A stretch of DNA of 64,000 nucleotides, from the IMG/VR virus record IMGVR_UViG_3300047323_000675, one strand, 5' to 3'. A program made the position numbers and the translations under genes. Origin of the DNA: a virus. The notes below the pieces were generated by a model. That model did no database searches, was not told where the DNA came from, and saw nothing but the letters and a program-made list of their open reading frames with translations. This document shows, one piece after another, positions 41,452-52,078 of this stretch (positions are counted from its first letter, which is position 1; the number at the start of each line of letters is the position of its first letter).

Positions 41452-42335
41452 ATGATTTTGAAAAACTTAAACATTTAGATGCTTTTGTATTTAATCTAAA
41501 ATTACATTCAGAGATTAGTGATGGAAATTTAGATTTGGTTAAATATGTTATCACTAAAATGGATGGTAGTGAAAGTAAAGTTAACTTTTTATTTGAAATT
41601 GCTTGTGGAGCAAATCAGGTAGCTATCATAGATTATTTGCTACATTCTGAAGAAGTGAAAAATAAAGCGAACATTAATATTAATCGTCATATGTCTTTTT
41701 TATTAGCATGTGAAAAAAGCTTAGAAGTTGTTAAGTTTTTAATACCTTTATTAGAATTTAAAGATGATGATGAAAAAGAATATGTTGCTAAACATGCCAT
41801 ATATAAATCATGTGAGGGTGGTAATCTAGAATTAGTTAAATATCTCTTATCTGAGAGTATTATAAATGATAATTTTAAGTTAACAGATAATTCCGAAGAA
41901 TTAAGTAATTTAGTTAATGTAGTTGCTGCAAAAGGAAAAATTGATATCTTTGAGTATTTATTAAATTTGGATAATAACAAAGAAATAATTTTAAGTTGTG
42001 ATCATGCATTAGAGGAAATAATTTTAAATTGTTTTATTGAAAGTCGTTTTGAAATGATTGAACATTTATTTAATCATAAAGAGCTTAGTAAGAATATAGA
42101 CCTTAATAAAGATAATGATTATTTATTTAATTTTCTTTGTGAACAAGGTGCTGATTATGAGATTGAATATTTAATTTTTGAATTAAAGATAAAGAGAACC
42201 GAAGAGATTAATAAAATAATAGAAAAAGAAGATTATTCCCATTATAAAGAAATGTTTGATAAAAGGGATTTGAATATTTTATTGAATGATGAACTTCAAA
42301 AGAATGATATTAATCAAAAAAGACCGAAATTATGA
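41448..42335 (+). CDS. Divergent ankyrin-like repeat protein with shared tag
   Basis: Degenerate units (ACGANQ, SCEGGNL, AAKGKI); ends QKRPKL. Confidence 0.82.
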   Translation: MNDFEKLKHLDAFVFNLKLHSEISDGNLDLVKYVITKMDGSESKVNFLFEIACGANQVAIIDYLLHSEEVKNKANININRHMSFLLACEKSLEVVKFLIPLLEFKDDDEKEYVAKHAIYKSCEGGNLELVKYLLSESIINDNFKLTDNSEELSNLVNVVAAKGKIDIFEYLLNLDNNKEIILSCDHALEEIILNCFIESRFEMIEHLFNHKELSKNIDLNKDNDYLFNFLCEQGADYEIEYLIFELKIKRTEEINKIIEKEDYSHYKEMFDKRDLNILLNDELQKNDINQKRPKL

Positions 42336-42931
42336 ATTCAATATATAAAGTTTTATTAAAAGGTGCAATTAATTTACAAGAACGATTAAATGTAATTTTA
42401 CATTCAGGTTGTTCAGATGGCGACTTAGATATAGTAAAATATGTTTTAACATCTATTGAATTAGAACAACATGCTAATATTAATTCACAAAAAGATAAAG
42501 CATTAATTAATGCATGCTCAAATGGGCATTTAGATATAGTCAAATATTTATTAACTTCGGATGAGTTAAAAAAGCATTCTAATATCCATGCACAAAATGA
42601 TGGTTCAATTGAATATGCATGTTTTGGTGGACATTTAGAAGTTATTAAATACTTAACTACTTCAGAAGAATTAAAAAAACGGATAGACATTAATAAAAAC
42701 AAAAATAAGAATTTTGGTGCTGCTCTTGAAGGCAAGCATTTAGATATCATCCGTTATTTTATTATTGATTTAAATATAGAAAAAAATAAAGGTGTTAAGA
42801 CTTTATTGAATTTATATCCAAATATAGAAGCAGAGAAATTATTTAAATTAAGAGAATTAAATAAGGATTTAAATGCCGAATTAATAGACAAAAGAAATTC
42901 TAATAGAAAGCATAAAAATTTAAAATTATGA
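42332..42931 (+). CDS. Ankyrin-like repeat protein with shared tag
   Basis: Array architecture; ends HKNLKL. Confidence 0.86.
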   Translation: MNSIYKVLLKGAINLQERLNVILHSGCSDGDLDIVKYVLTSIELEQHANINSQKDKALINACSNGHLDIVKYLLTSDELKKHSNIHAQNDGSIEYACFGGHLEVIKYLTTSEELKKRIDINKNKNKNFGAALEGKHLDIIRYFIIDLNIEKNKGVKTLLNLYPNIEAEKLFKLRELNKDLNAELIDKRNSNRKHKNLKL

Positions 42932-43335
42932 ACAATCATGAAATTTACACAAAATACAAAAAAGCTGATCAATCAGAGTTAAATGGATATCTTCGTGGTT
43001 TAGGAAATCATTATGATTATCCAAATTTAGAACATATCAAGTATTTATTAACTTCTCCAGAATTAACAATCCATGCTAATGTGCATGTTGGTAATGATAG
43101 TTTATTTAGAGAACTTTTAATCAACATATATGATGATGTTGCATTAGAGGTAATGCGATATTTAATTTTTGACTACAATATAGTTAAAACTCCTACAATT
43201 GAAAAAACTTTAAATTGTAGTGACTCTAAAACTATAGATACAGTTAAAGATATGTTTAAAATACGGGAATTAAATGAATCTTTAACTAACGATTTAACAG
43301 GCAAAGAACTTACTCCTAAAAAGTTAAAAATATGA
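42928..43335 (+). CDS. Minimal ankyrin-like protein with shared tag
   Basis: HIKYLLTSPELTIHANVH; ends PKKLKI. Confidence 0.82.
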   Translation: MNNHEIYTKYKKADQSELNGYLRGLGNHYDYPNLEHIKYLLTSPELTIHANVHVGNDSLFRELLINIYDDVALEVMRYLIFDYNIVKTPTIEKTLNCSDSKTIDTVKDMFKIRELNESLTNDLTGKELTPKKLKI

Positions 43336-43715
43336 ATATTTATGACAATATGCATCAAAATATGCATAAAGAAGAATTAACTGGTTCTTTTGTTGTCGCT
43401 TGCAATATTGGTGATTTAGATGCAATTAAATCCTTATTAGAAAATCCTGATTTTGAAAAACATGTAGATGTTCATTTCAATAATGATGTAGCTTTTCAGT
43501 GGATATTATGTAATAACAGATTTGAGGTTATGAAATATCTTATCTTAGAATATCAGATAGATAAAACTAAAAAAATTAAAGAATATTTAACTACTTTCAG
43601 AAAAGAAAGCATTATTAAAGAGGCAATTAGGCTATTTGAACTACAAGAACTCAATAGTTCATTAAATAAAGAATTAACCACAAATGATAATAAGAATAGA
43701 AAAATAAAATTATGA
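43332..43715 (+). CDS. Minimal ankyrin-like protein with shared tag
   Basis: ACNIGDL unit; ends NRKIKL. Confidence 0.82.
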   Translation: MNIYDNMHQNMHKEELTGSFVVACNIGDLDAIKSLLENPDFEKHVDVHFNNDVAFQWILCNNRFEVMKYLILEYQIDKTKKIKEYLTTFRKESIIKEAIRLFELQELNSSLNKELTTNDNKNRKIKL

Positions 43716-44101
43716 CTGAAAATAATGATATCTATAATGCATATAAAGGTTTACCTAAAGAAGATTTGAATGATTCTTTTATCACTGCATGTAAGTGGGG
43801 GCGATTAGAGCAAGTGAAATGTTTATTAGAGAATCAAGAATTTAGTAAGTATATAGATGTTCATTATAAAGATGATGAAGCTTTTGTGTGGTCATTAGTT
43901 AATTCTAAAAGAGAAATATTTTCTTATCTAATTCATGAATATAGAATAGAGAAAACAGATCGCATAAAAGAGTGTTTATCCAATAGTATTTCAGATGTTG
44001 TTGATGATGCAGCACAAATGTTTGAAATGCGTGAATTAAATGAACGGTTAAATGAAGATTTAACCCCAAATAATCAAAATTCTAAAAAAGCAAAAATATG
44101 A
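43712..44101 (+). CDS. Minimal ankyrin-like protein with shared tag
   Basis: Close paralog of 43332; ends SKKAKI. Confidence 0.82.
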   Translation: MTENNDIYNAYKGLPKEDLNDSFITACKWGRLEQVKCLLENQEFSKYIDVHYKDDEAFVWSLVNSKREIFSYLIHEYRIEKTDRIKECLSNSISDVVDDAAQMFEMRELNERLNEDLTPNNQNSKKAKI

Positions 44102-44772
44102 ATGAATTATTAGAAAATGCAGATAATTTTGAACTATTAAATCAATTACTGATAGCTTGTAGTAATGGAGACTTAGAGACTGTTAGATATGTCTTAACAA
44201 ACGCTAAAATACAACCATCTGATATTAATTATTTTGATAATTCACCAATAAGAAATGCTTGTTATCACGGTCATTTAGAAATTGTTAAATATTTATTAAC
44301 ATCTAAAGAGTTAAAAGAGAATGTTAATATTCAAGTAATTAATGATGCTCCATTAAGAGTGGCTTGTGCAGAAGGACATTTTCATATTGTTAAATATTTG
44401 CTTACATCAGAAGATTTAAAAGAACATTCTAATGTTAATGCAATAAATAATGATGCAATGGATTATGCATGTTCAAAAGGTCATCTAGATATAATAAAGT
44501 ACTTAGTATCTTCTACGGAAATAAAGAAAAATATTGATATTGCAGATTATGATTATAAAGCTTTTAGAGTGGCTTTGGAAAATAATAATTTAGAAATTAT
44601 TAAATATTTTATTTTTGATTTAAATATTGAAAGAAATTCTCATATTGATGTATATTTGGAAAATCATAAAAGTGAAATAGTTGAAGATTGGTTTAAATTG
44701 AAAGAATTGAATAAATCATTAAATAAGGAACTAAACTCTAAGGATATTAAGCTTAAAAAGGTTAAATTATGA
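44098..44772 (+). CDS. Ankyrin-like repeat protein with shared tag
   Basis: Array architecture; ends LKKVKL. Confidence 0.88.
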   Translation: MNELLENADNFELLNQLLIACSNGDLETVRYVLTNAKIQPSDINYFDNSPIRNACYHGHLEIVKYLLTSKELKENVNIQVINDAPLRVACAEGHFHIVKYLLTSEDLKEHSNVNAINNDAMDYACSKGHLDIIKYLVSSTEIKKNIDIADYDYKAFRVALENNNLEIIKYFIFDLNIERNSHIDVYLENHKSEIVEDWFKLKELNKSLNKELNSKDIKLKKVKL

Positions 44773-45101
44773 CTAATGAAGATTTATATAGTAAGTTTAG
44801 TGACTGTAGTGAAAAGGAATTAAATAAAATATTAATAGAAGCATGTTATGATGGTAAATTAGAAATAATTAAGTATGTTTTAGAATCAGAAAATTTAAAA
44901 GAGCATGCCAACATTCATTATAATAGAGATAATTCTTTTTATTGGCTTTTATTAAAAGAACATTTTGATATAATTGAATATCTAATATATGATTATAAAA
45001 TAGAAAAGACAGAATTAATTGAGCTTCATTTAAATAGTTTTAAGAATAAAAAATTTACAAATAAAATAAAAGAAATGTTTAATAATCCTGAAAGGAATTG
45101 A
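44769..45101 (+). CDS. Minimal ankyrin-like protein lacking the tag (possibly decaying)
   Basis: Ends EMFNNPERN; KELKI-stop with ATGA survives in a shifted frame at 45092-45109. Confidence 0.65.
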   Translation: MTNEDLYSKFSDCSEKELNKILIEACYDGKLEIIKYVLESENLKEHANIHYNRDNSFYWLLLKEHFDIIEYLIYDYKIEKTELIELHLNSFKNKKFTNKIKEMFNNPERN

Positions 45102-45105
45102 AAAT

Positions 45106-45468
45106 ATGAAGAAAGAAATTTTTTTGAATGAACCAAATGAAGAAATGTATGAAGCATTAAAGAAAAGTGAAGAAATATCTAACTCAATTATTAATGCTTG
45201 TTATGATGGTGATCTAAAATTAGTTAAAAATTTATTATTAACTCCCAACTTAAAAATTCAACCTGATATTCATTTTATGTGTGATAGTGCTTTCGCTTAT
45301 GCATTACTTAAGAAAAATATAAAGATATTAGAGTATTTAATTATGGAGTTAAAAATAGAAAAAACCGATTATATAATTGGATATCTTGCTAATCCTGATA
45401 GTAGATACGATGTAAAATCAATTAAAAAAGCTGAAGAATGGTTTAGCAAAAGAGATTTAATTAAATAA
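45106..45468 (+). CDS. Minimal ankyrin-like protein with truncated tag (possibly decaying)
   Basis: Ends WFSKRDLIK, stopping where the tag helix begins. Confidence 0.65.
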   Translation: MKKEIFLNEPNEEMYEALKKSEEISNSIINACYDGDLKLVKNLLLTPNLKIQPDIHFMCDSAFAYALLKKNIKILEYLIMELKIEKTDYIIGYLANPDSRYDVKSIKKAEEWFSKRDLIK

Positions 45469-45470
45469 AA

Positions 45471-46148
45471 ATGTTTATAAAAGAAAAATACAAATATCAT
45501 TCAAAGAGTCAATTAAAGGAAGAACTTATCTCTTCTTGTAAAAAAGGTGATTTAACTTTAACTAAAGTTTTATTGGATAATACTGAATTAAAACTGTATT
45601 CTTTTTTTGATTATTTAGGTGATGCAATTATAGCTGCTAGTAGAAATGGACATCTTGATATTCTTAAACATTTAAATTCTTTATTAGATAATAATGAAAA
45701 GAAAGGGATGGAGCCATATTATAATACAGCCTTAACTGCTGCTTGTAGAGATGGAAATATAGAAATAGTCAAATATTTTTTATCATCAAAAGAATTAGAA
45801 GGCTTTGTTGATATTCATACAGAAGATGATAACCCAATAGATTGGGCATGTAGTATGGGGCATTTAGATATAGTGGAATATTTAACTACATCAACAGATA
45901 TCAAAGAAAGAGTAGATGTTAATAAAAGTCCTAATGCATTTATTATTGCTAGTGCTAATGGAAAATTTGATATTATCCGTTATTTTATTTTTGATTTAAA
46001 TATGAAGAAATCCCATCATGTTCAATTATTCTTAAAAGACAATCCTAATGATGAGATTGATAATATGTTCAGTTTACGGGAATTAAATGAATCATTGAAA
46101 GGTAGTTTAATTGAAAATAAAATGTCAGAAAAAAAGAATAAGTTATGA
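45471..46148 (+). CDS. Ankyrin-like repeat protein with shared tag
   Basis: Array architecture; ends SEKKNKL. Confidence 0.88.
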   Translation: MFIKEKYKYHSKSQLKEELISSCKKGDLTLTKVLLDNTELKLYSFFDYLGDAIIAASRNGHLDILKHLNSLLDNNEKKGMEPYYNTALTAACRDGNIEIVKYFLSSKELEGFVDIHTEDDNPIDWACSMGHLDIVEYLTTSTDIKERVDVNKSPNAFIIASANGKFDIIRYFIFDLNMKKSHHVQLFLKDNPNDEIDNMFSLRELNESLKGSLIENKMSEKKNKL

Positions 46149-46696
46149 ATAATTCATATTCTGTGAAAAAGAAAAAATTTCGCTTAGACTCTGCATTTAA
46201 AGATGCATGTACAAAGGGTGATTTAACACAAGTTAAAAATTTAATTAAATCAAATAATGATAATATTGATTATGATTTAGGATTAATATTTGCATCTACA
46301 TATGGGCACTTAGATATAGTCAAATATTTATTAACATCTTCAGAATTAGAAAAACATGCAAATATAAATACTCAGGATGATTATCCATTAAGAATTGCAA
46401 GTAGTAATTTACACATAGATGTTATCAAATACTTATTAACATCTCCAGAGTTAAAGAAACATGCAGATATACATGCCCGTAATGATGAGGTTTTTTATAC
46501 AATATGTGCATTGAGAGACTATAATATGTTAAAATATTTAATTATTGATTTTGGAATTAGAAAAAATGAAAAAATCACTCCATTTATAGAAGCTGATGAA
46601 GAAATAAATAATATGTTTAAATTACGCGAATTAAACGAATCATTAAGAGATAGTTTAATTGAAAATAAATTTTCGGGGAAAAAGAACAAATTATGA
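46145..46696 (+). CDS. Ankyrin-like repeat protein with shared tag
   Basis: Array architecture; tail near-identical to 45471; ends SGKKNKL. Confidence 0.88.
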   Translation: MNNSYSVKKKKFRLDSAFKDACTKGDLTQVKNLIKSNNDNIDYDLGLIFASTYGHLDIVKYLLTSSELEKHANINTQDDYPLRIASSNLHIDVIKYLLTSPELKKHADIHARNDEVFYTICALRDYNMLKYLIIDFGIRKNEKITPFIEADEEINNMFKLRELNESLRDSLIENKFSGKKNKL

Positions 46697-47280
46697 ATGA
46701 TGATGATTTATATAAAGAATATTCTCAGCTTAATCAATTTAAAATAAATACAGCATTTACTGAGGCTTGTGGCAATGGAGAGTTAGATAAAGTAAGATTT
46801 TTATTAACATCAAATAGGCTTAGTTTCCATGCTGATATTCATTATTTTAATGATATGGGATTTGTTTCTGCATGTTTATATAGAAAATTCAATATCGTTA
46901 AATATTTATTAACTTCATCTGAGTTAAAGGAAAATGCAAATATAAATGCTCAAGATGATTTTGCAATAAGAGGACTGTGTAACTACTCAGATGTGGATAT
47001 TATTAAATATTTATTAACATCCTCTGAATTAAAAACGCATTCTAATATACATGCACAGTATGATGATGCTTTTAAAAATGCATATATTGCTCAACATTTC
47101 AATGTATTACAATACTTAATTCTAGATTTTAAAATTGAGCGAACAGAAGAAATTAATCAATTCATGATTGAAAATCCAAATAAAGAAATAGAAGAAATGT
47201 TTAAAAAAAGAGAATTAAAAGAATCATTAGAAAAAGGTTTAGATTATAATACAGCTATTATTAAAAAGAATAAATTATGA
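46693..47280 (+). CDS. Ankyrin-like repeat protein with shared tag
   Basis: Array architecture; ends IKKNKL. Confidence 0.88.
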   Translation: MNDDDLYKEYSQLNQFKINTAFTEACGNGELDKVRFLLTSNRLSFHADIHYFNDMGFVSACLYRKFNIVKYLLTSSELKENANINAQDDFAIRGLCNYSDVDIIKYLLTSSELKTHSNIHAQYDDAFKNAYIAQHFNVLQYLILDFKIERTEEINQFMIENPNKEIEEMFKKRELKESLEKGLDYNTAIIKKNKL

Positions 47281-48026
47281 ATGATTCAAATTTAATTGGT
47301 GATTTATATAAAGCCTGCGACATTGGTGATTTAGAAACAGTTAGAAATATATTAACTTCAAATTCTTTAAAAGAAAAAATTAGTATAGAAGAAATATTAA
47401 GTGAAGCATTAATTGTTGCTTGTTCTAAAGGTCAATTAGAAGTGGTTAAATATCTATTAACTTCGCAAGAATTAAAAGAACAAGCACAAGTTAATAGAGA
47501 AGAAAGTAAAGCATTTATTTATGCTTGCGCAAATGGGCACCTAGAAGTAGTAAAATATTTACTAACCTCTCTAGAATTAAAGGAACATGCCAACATTACT
47601 GCTCAAGAAAATGACCCTTTGGATTGGGCTTGTAATAATGGTCATTTAGAGGTAGTAAAGTATTTATTATCATTCCCAGAAGTTACAAAACATGAAGAAT
47701 GTGGATTTAAAGAATTCCAAGCACTTATGAATGCGATTAATCCAGGTCATTTAGATATAGTTAAATACATAGTATCAAATTTTGATGTTGACTTACATAA
47801 GTATCATGATAATGCATTTAGAACAGCTTATAATAATGATCATATGGAAATACTTCAGTATTTTATTATTGATTTAAATTTGGAAAAAACTGAACATATT
47901 TTCTTACATATGAAAGCAAACCCAAATAAGGAAGTTAAAAGATTATTTGAGTTAAGAGATATGTCCAAAACACTTAATAATGAATTATTAATTAATAATG
48001 ATAAATTTAAAAAGAATAAAATATAA
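47277..48026 (+). CDS. Ankyrin-like repeat protein with shared tag
   Basis: Array architecture; ends FKKNKI. Confidence 0.88.
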   Translation: MNDSNLIGDLYKACDIGDLETVRNILTSNSLKEKISIEEILSEALIVACSKGQLEVVKYLLTSQELKEQAQVNREESKAFIYACANGHLEVVKYLLTSLELKEHANITAQENDPLDWACNNGHLEVVKYLLSFPEVTKHEECGFKEFQALMNAINPGHLDIVKYIVSNFDVDLHKYHDNAFRTAYNNDHMEILQYFIIDLNLEKTEHIFLHMKANPNKEVKRLFELRDMSKTLNNELLINNDKFKKNKI

Positions 48027-48041
48027 AAAACAAATAAAAAT

Positions 48042-48779
48042 ATGAATGAAACTGATTTATATGAAAAATTTAAAGACTTAAATCAAGAAAAATTAAATTC
48101 TAGCTTAATCTCAGCTTGTCAACATGGTATATTTGATGAGATTAAATTTCTGCTTAATTCTCCTAAGTTAACTATTCATGCAGATATATTAGCAACTACT
48201 GGAAATATAGGTTCTTATAGTCTAAAAACTCCTTTAAGTGCAGCATGTAAGGATGGTCATTTAGATGTTGTAAAATATTTACTCAATGCAACAGAATTAA
48301 AACAACATGCAGATATAAAACAAAAAAAGTATCATGCCTTATTTGAGGCCACTATGTATGGTTGGTTTGATATTGTAAAATATTTATTAGAATTACCTGA
48401 ATTAAAAGAAAATTATAGTATAAATATGATTGGTAATGATGGAGGAACTTTATTTGGCGAGGCTGCACATCGTGGGCGTGTTGATATTGTAAAATATTTA
48501 TTAGAATCTAATGAATTTAAAAAACATATAGATGTTCATGAAAATGAAGACTTTGCTTTTAAGTGTGGATTAAGGTACAACACAGATGAGCATAAAGACT
48601 TAATTAAATATTTAATTTTTGATCACAACATCAAGAAAACGGAAAATATCAAAAAACATTTAAAAACATATCCAAGTGTTGATGTGGAAAAATGGCTTGA
48701 ATTAAATGATTTAAATCATACACTAGAAAACGAATTAGTTTCTGTTAAAATAGATAGAAATAAACAGATTAAATTATGA
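48042..48779 (+). CDS. Ankyrin-like repeat protein with shared tag
   Basis: Array architecture; ends NKQIKL. Confidence 0.88.
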   Translation: MNETDLYEKFKDLNQEKLNSSLISACQHGIFDEIKFLLNSPKLTIHADILATTGNIGSYSLKTPLSAACKDGHLDVVKYLLNATELKQHADIKQKKYHALFEATMYGWFDIVKYLLELPELKENYSINMIGNDGGTLFGEAAHRGRVDIVKYLLESNEFKKHIDVHENEDFAFKCGLRYNTDEHKDLIKYLIFDHNIKKTENIKKHLKTYPSVDVEKWLELNDLNHTLENELVSVKIDRNKQIKL

Positions 48780-49702
48780 AAAATAGGGCTGGGTTTAATT
48801 CTTTATCTATTGATGAGTTAAATGAACAATTAACTGAGGCTTGTAAAGTTGGTTGCTTAGATACAATAAAATATTTATTGGAGTCAAAAGAATTAAATCA
48901 GCATCCAAATTATTTCAATTATCATGGTTATGATTCTAGTCTTTCCAAATTAATAATGGAAGTAACAAATAATGGGGATTTAGATATTCTTCAATATTTA
49001 TTTACTGAAACTCCTATTAAAGAATCAAATGCATTACAAATGTATTTAAATCATTCACTTCATATTGCCTGCTTAACTGACAAGATTGATATTGTTAAAT
49101 TTGTTTTGACTTCAACAATTTTACAAACACATGCTCAAATTAATTCAAACTCTAGTCAAGCATTAGTTTATGCATATCAAAAAAGAAACTTTCCTTTGAT
49201 GGATTATTTATTAACAGATTCACAATTGATGGAAAAATCATTTATCCCAATTCAGGTTTGGATAAAAACAGATGACAATGATTTAGACCTAGTTAAATAT
49301 TTATTAAAAAATACAAGAACTCCATATTTATCTGAATCCGTAGATGATTTATTTGTTCATGCATGTAAAAATGGCTATTTAGAGATGACTAAATTTTTAG
49401 TAGAGTCTAAAGAACTGACAGAGAATGCAAAGATAAATAGTGACAATTACAAAGGTTTTATTAAAGCCATAGAAAATAAACAAAGCCATATTTTACAGTA
49501 TTTAATATTTGATTTAAACATAAGAAAAACAACAGAATTACATAAAATATTATCTCATGAAACAAATTTTGGTAAAGATCGTGATTTTGCTCAAAATGTT
49601 GTTAATTGGCTTAATTTAAGAGAAGTTAATAAACAATTAAATACTGAATTGATTGAAACAAATGTTAATGATATAGAGCAAAAGAAAAAGGTTAAATTAT
49701 GA
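48776..49702 (+). CDS. Divergent ankyrin-like repeat protein with shared tag
   Basis: Degenerate units; ends QKKKVKL. Confidence 0.84.
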   Translation: MKNRAGFNSLSIDELNEQLTEACKVGCLDTIKYLLESKELNQHPNYFNYHGYDSSLSKLIMEVTNNGDLDILQYLFTETPIKESNALQMYLNHSLHIACLTDKIDIVKFVLTSTILQTHAQINSNSSQALVYAYQKRNFPLMDYLLTDSQLMEKSFIPIQVWIKTDDNDLDLVKYLLKNTRTPYLSESVDDLFVHACKNGYLEMTKFLVESKELTENAKINSDNYKGFIKAIENKQSHILQYLIFDLNIRKTTELHKILSHETNFGKDRDFAQNVVNWLNLREVNKQLNTELIETNVNDIEQKKKVKL

Positions 49703-50379
49703 ATTATGATAATTTTAAAAATAAAAACCAGCATGAATTAAATGAACTTTTCGTAAATGCATGTATAACTGGAGAACTAGATGTTGTAAAATATCTTTTA
49801 ACCTCTCCAGAATTAAATATTCATGCTCAAATTAACTATAACCAAAATGATGGATTATATTTTGCTACAGTACAAAATCATGTTCCCATAGTAGAATATT
49901 TACTTACCTCTCCAGAATTAACAGAAAAAGCAAATATTGTAGATAAAAATTCTAATGGGGGAAATGATCCATTTATCTCCTGTTGTGCAGAAGGACACAT
50001 ATATCTTTTAAAATTATTTTTAACATCACCTAAAATCAAGAAAAGAGTTCTTTTATCTGAAAGAGAAGATGAAGCTTTACATTATGCCACAAAGAATAAT
50101 CAATTTGAGGTAGTTAAGTATTTGATGACATCACCAGATTTATGGAGAAAAGCAAATCCTGACTTAGCATTTCGTAAAGCCTATGAAAATGGTAATTTGG
50201 AAATGGTTAAATATTTAATATTTGAATTAAATATAAAAAGATCACCATATATTAGACTTTATATGGGAAGAAATCCTAATGACACAATAGATAGTTGGTT
50301 TGATATGAAAGAATTAAATCAAGATTTAAAAAGTGAGCTTTTAACAAACGAATCTATTCAGAAAAAACTTAAATTATGA
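49699..50379 (+). CDS. Ankyrin-like repeat protein with shared tag
   Basis: Array architecture; ends QKKLKL. Confidence 0.88.
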   Translation: MNYDNFKNKNQHELNELFVNACITGELDVVKYLLTSPELNIHAQINYNQNDGLYFATVQNHVPIVEYLLTSPELTEKANIVDKNSNGGNDPFISCCAEGHIYLLKLFLTSPKIKKRVLLSEREDEALHYATKNNQFEVVKYLMTSPDLWRKANPDLAFRKAYENGNLEMVKYLIFELNIKRSPYIRLYMGRNPNDTIDSWFDMKELNQDLKSELLTNESIQKKLKL

Positions 50380-51287
50380 AAAATAACAAATTATATGAAC
50401 AATTTAAAGATTTATCTCAAGATGAGCTATATAAAAGTTTATTAAAAGCGGCTGAAAAAGGAGATTTAGAGGTAATTCAATATCTGTTAGAAAATAAAGA
50501 TTTAAAGCACAAGGTGAGTATAAGTTATATAAACCACAGTAATCCTTTTATATATGCTTGTAATTGTGGTCATTTGGATATAATTGAATATTTTGTGAAT
50601 TCTTCAGATCCACAAGGGCCAGGATATTGCTTGGAGATTATAAATAGAGGTTTAATTCAAGCATGTATTAAAGGAAATAATGAGGTTATTAAATTCTTAT
50701 TATCTTCTCCTAAATTAAAAAACCATGCCGATATTAATGCAGATAAAGGAACTCCACTATATTTATTAGTAAGTGATGGCGATTTAGATATAATTAGGTA
50801 TTTATTATCTTCTCCAGATTTAAAAAATCATGCAGATATTAATGCAATAGATGGTTCTATATTGGTTGAAGCATGTGGGCAAGGACATTTAGAAGTTGTC
50901 AAATATTTGCTTACCTCACCAGAACTTAAGGAACATGCAAATATCAGTGCTCAAAATAATATGCCATTTAAAAAAGCTTGTATGGAAGGTCATTTAGAAA
51001 TTGTCAAATATTTAGTTACAAATCCTGAATTTGAAAATAAAATAAATTTGAAGAAAAGAGCTAGCTCTTACTTCAAAGATGCTCTTATGTGTGGGCAACT
51101 AAATGTTATAAATTATTTTATCTTTGATTTAAATATCAATAAAACAAAGACTATACAACATTTTTTAGAAAAGAATCCAAACGAAAAAGTTGAAAATTGG
51201 TTTACTTTAAGAGAGGTGAATAAAAGCCTTAATAAAGATTTACCACAAAATAGTGTATTGCAGAAAAAAAACAAAAATAAAATATGA
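50376..51287 (+). CDS. Ankyrin-like repeat protein with shared tag
   Basis: Array architecture; ends NKNKI. Confidence 0.88.
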   Translation: MKNNKLYEQFKDLSQDELYKSLLKAAEKGDLEVIQYLLENKDLKHKVSISYINHSNPFIYACNCGHLDIIEYFVNSSDPQGPGYCLEIINRGLIQACIKGNNEVIKFLLSSPKLKNHADINADKGTPLYLLVSDGDLDIIRYLLSSPDLKNHADINAIDGSILVEACGQGHLEVVKYLLTSPELKEHANISAQNNMPFKKACMEGHLEIVKYLVTNPEFENKINLKKRASSYFKDALMCGQLNVINYFIFDLNINKTKTIQHFLEKNPNEKVENWFTLREVNKSLNKDLPQNSVLQKKNKNKI

Positions 51288-52078
51288 ATAATTATTACGA
51301 AGAATTTAAAGGATTTGAAGGTAATAACTTAATTGATTTATTAAATCAAGACTTTATTAATTCTTGTGAAATAGGTGATTTAGATAAATTAAAATATGTT
51401 TTAACATCTTCTGAATTATCTGAGCATGCAAATTTAAATGATAATTATAGGTCAGCATTAAATATAGCTTGTGAAAATGGACATTTAGAAGTTGTTAAAT
51501 ATTTATTAACTTATCCTAATTATCAAACTATGCGTGTTAACGATAATGCAGCTTTAATTCTTGCTAGTGAAAACGGACATTTAGATATTGTAAGATACCT
51601 CCTTACAACACCGATAATAAAAGATACATATAGCAACCAAGAAGATATTGATTTATCTCTACAGCAAGCATGTGGAGAAGGATACATAGATATAGTTAAG
51701 TATTTATTAACTTCATCAGAAATAGAAAAACATGCTGATATTAAATTTAGATATTATAGTTCTTTAAATGTAGCAATTGCAAAAGATAGAATTGAAGTTG
51801 TTAAGTATTTAGTCACATCACCAGAGTTAACCGATAAAGCAGATATACATATAAATAATGATAGCATGTTTAATACTGCTGTTTACTTTAATCGTATAGA
51901 TATTATTAAATATTTTATTTTTGATTTAAATATTGAGCGAAATATTTATATTGATGAGTCGCTAGAAAAAAAGCCAAATAAAGAAGTTGAAGAGTTATTT
52001 AAATTAAGGGAGTTGAATCAAGATTTAAATAACGAGTTGAGAATTAAAAAAAATACTTCAAAGAGAACAAAAATATGA
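51284..52078 (+). CDS. Ankyrin-like repeat protein with shared tag
   Basis: Array architecture; ends SKRTKI. Confidence 0.88.
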   Translation: MNNYYEEFKGFEGNNLIDLLNQDFINSCEIGDLDKLKYVLTSSELSEHANLNDNYRSALNIACENGHLEVVKYLLTYPNYQTMRVNDNAALILASENGHLDIVRYLLTTPIIKDTYSNQEDIDLSLQQACGEGYIDIVKYLLTSSEIEKHADIKFRYYSSLNVAIAKDRIEVVKYLVTSPELTDKADIHINNDSMFNTAVYFNRIDIIKYFIFDLNIERNIYIDESLEKKPNKEVEELFKLRELNQDLNNELRIKKNTSKRTKI

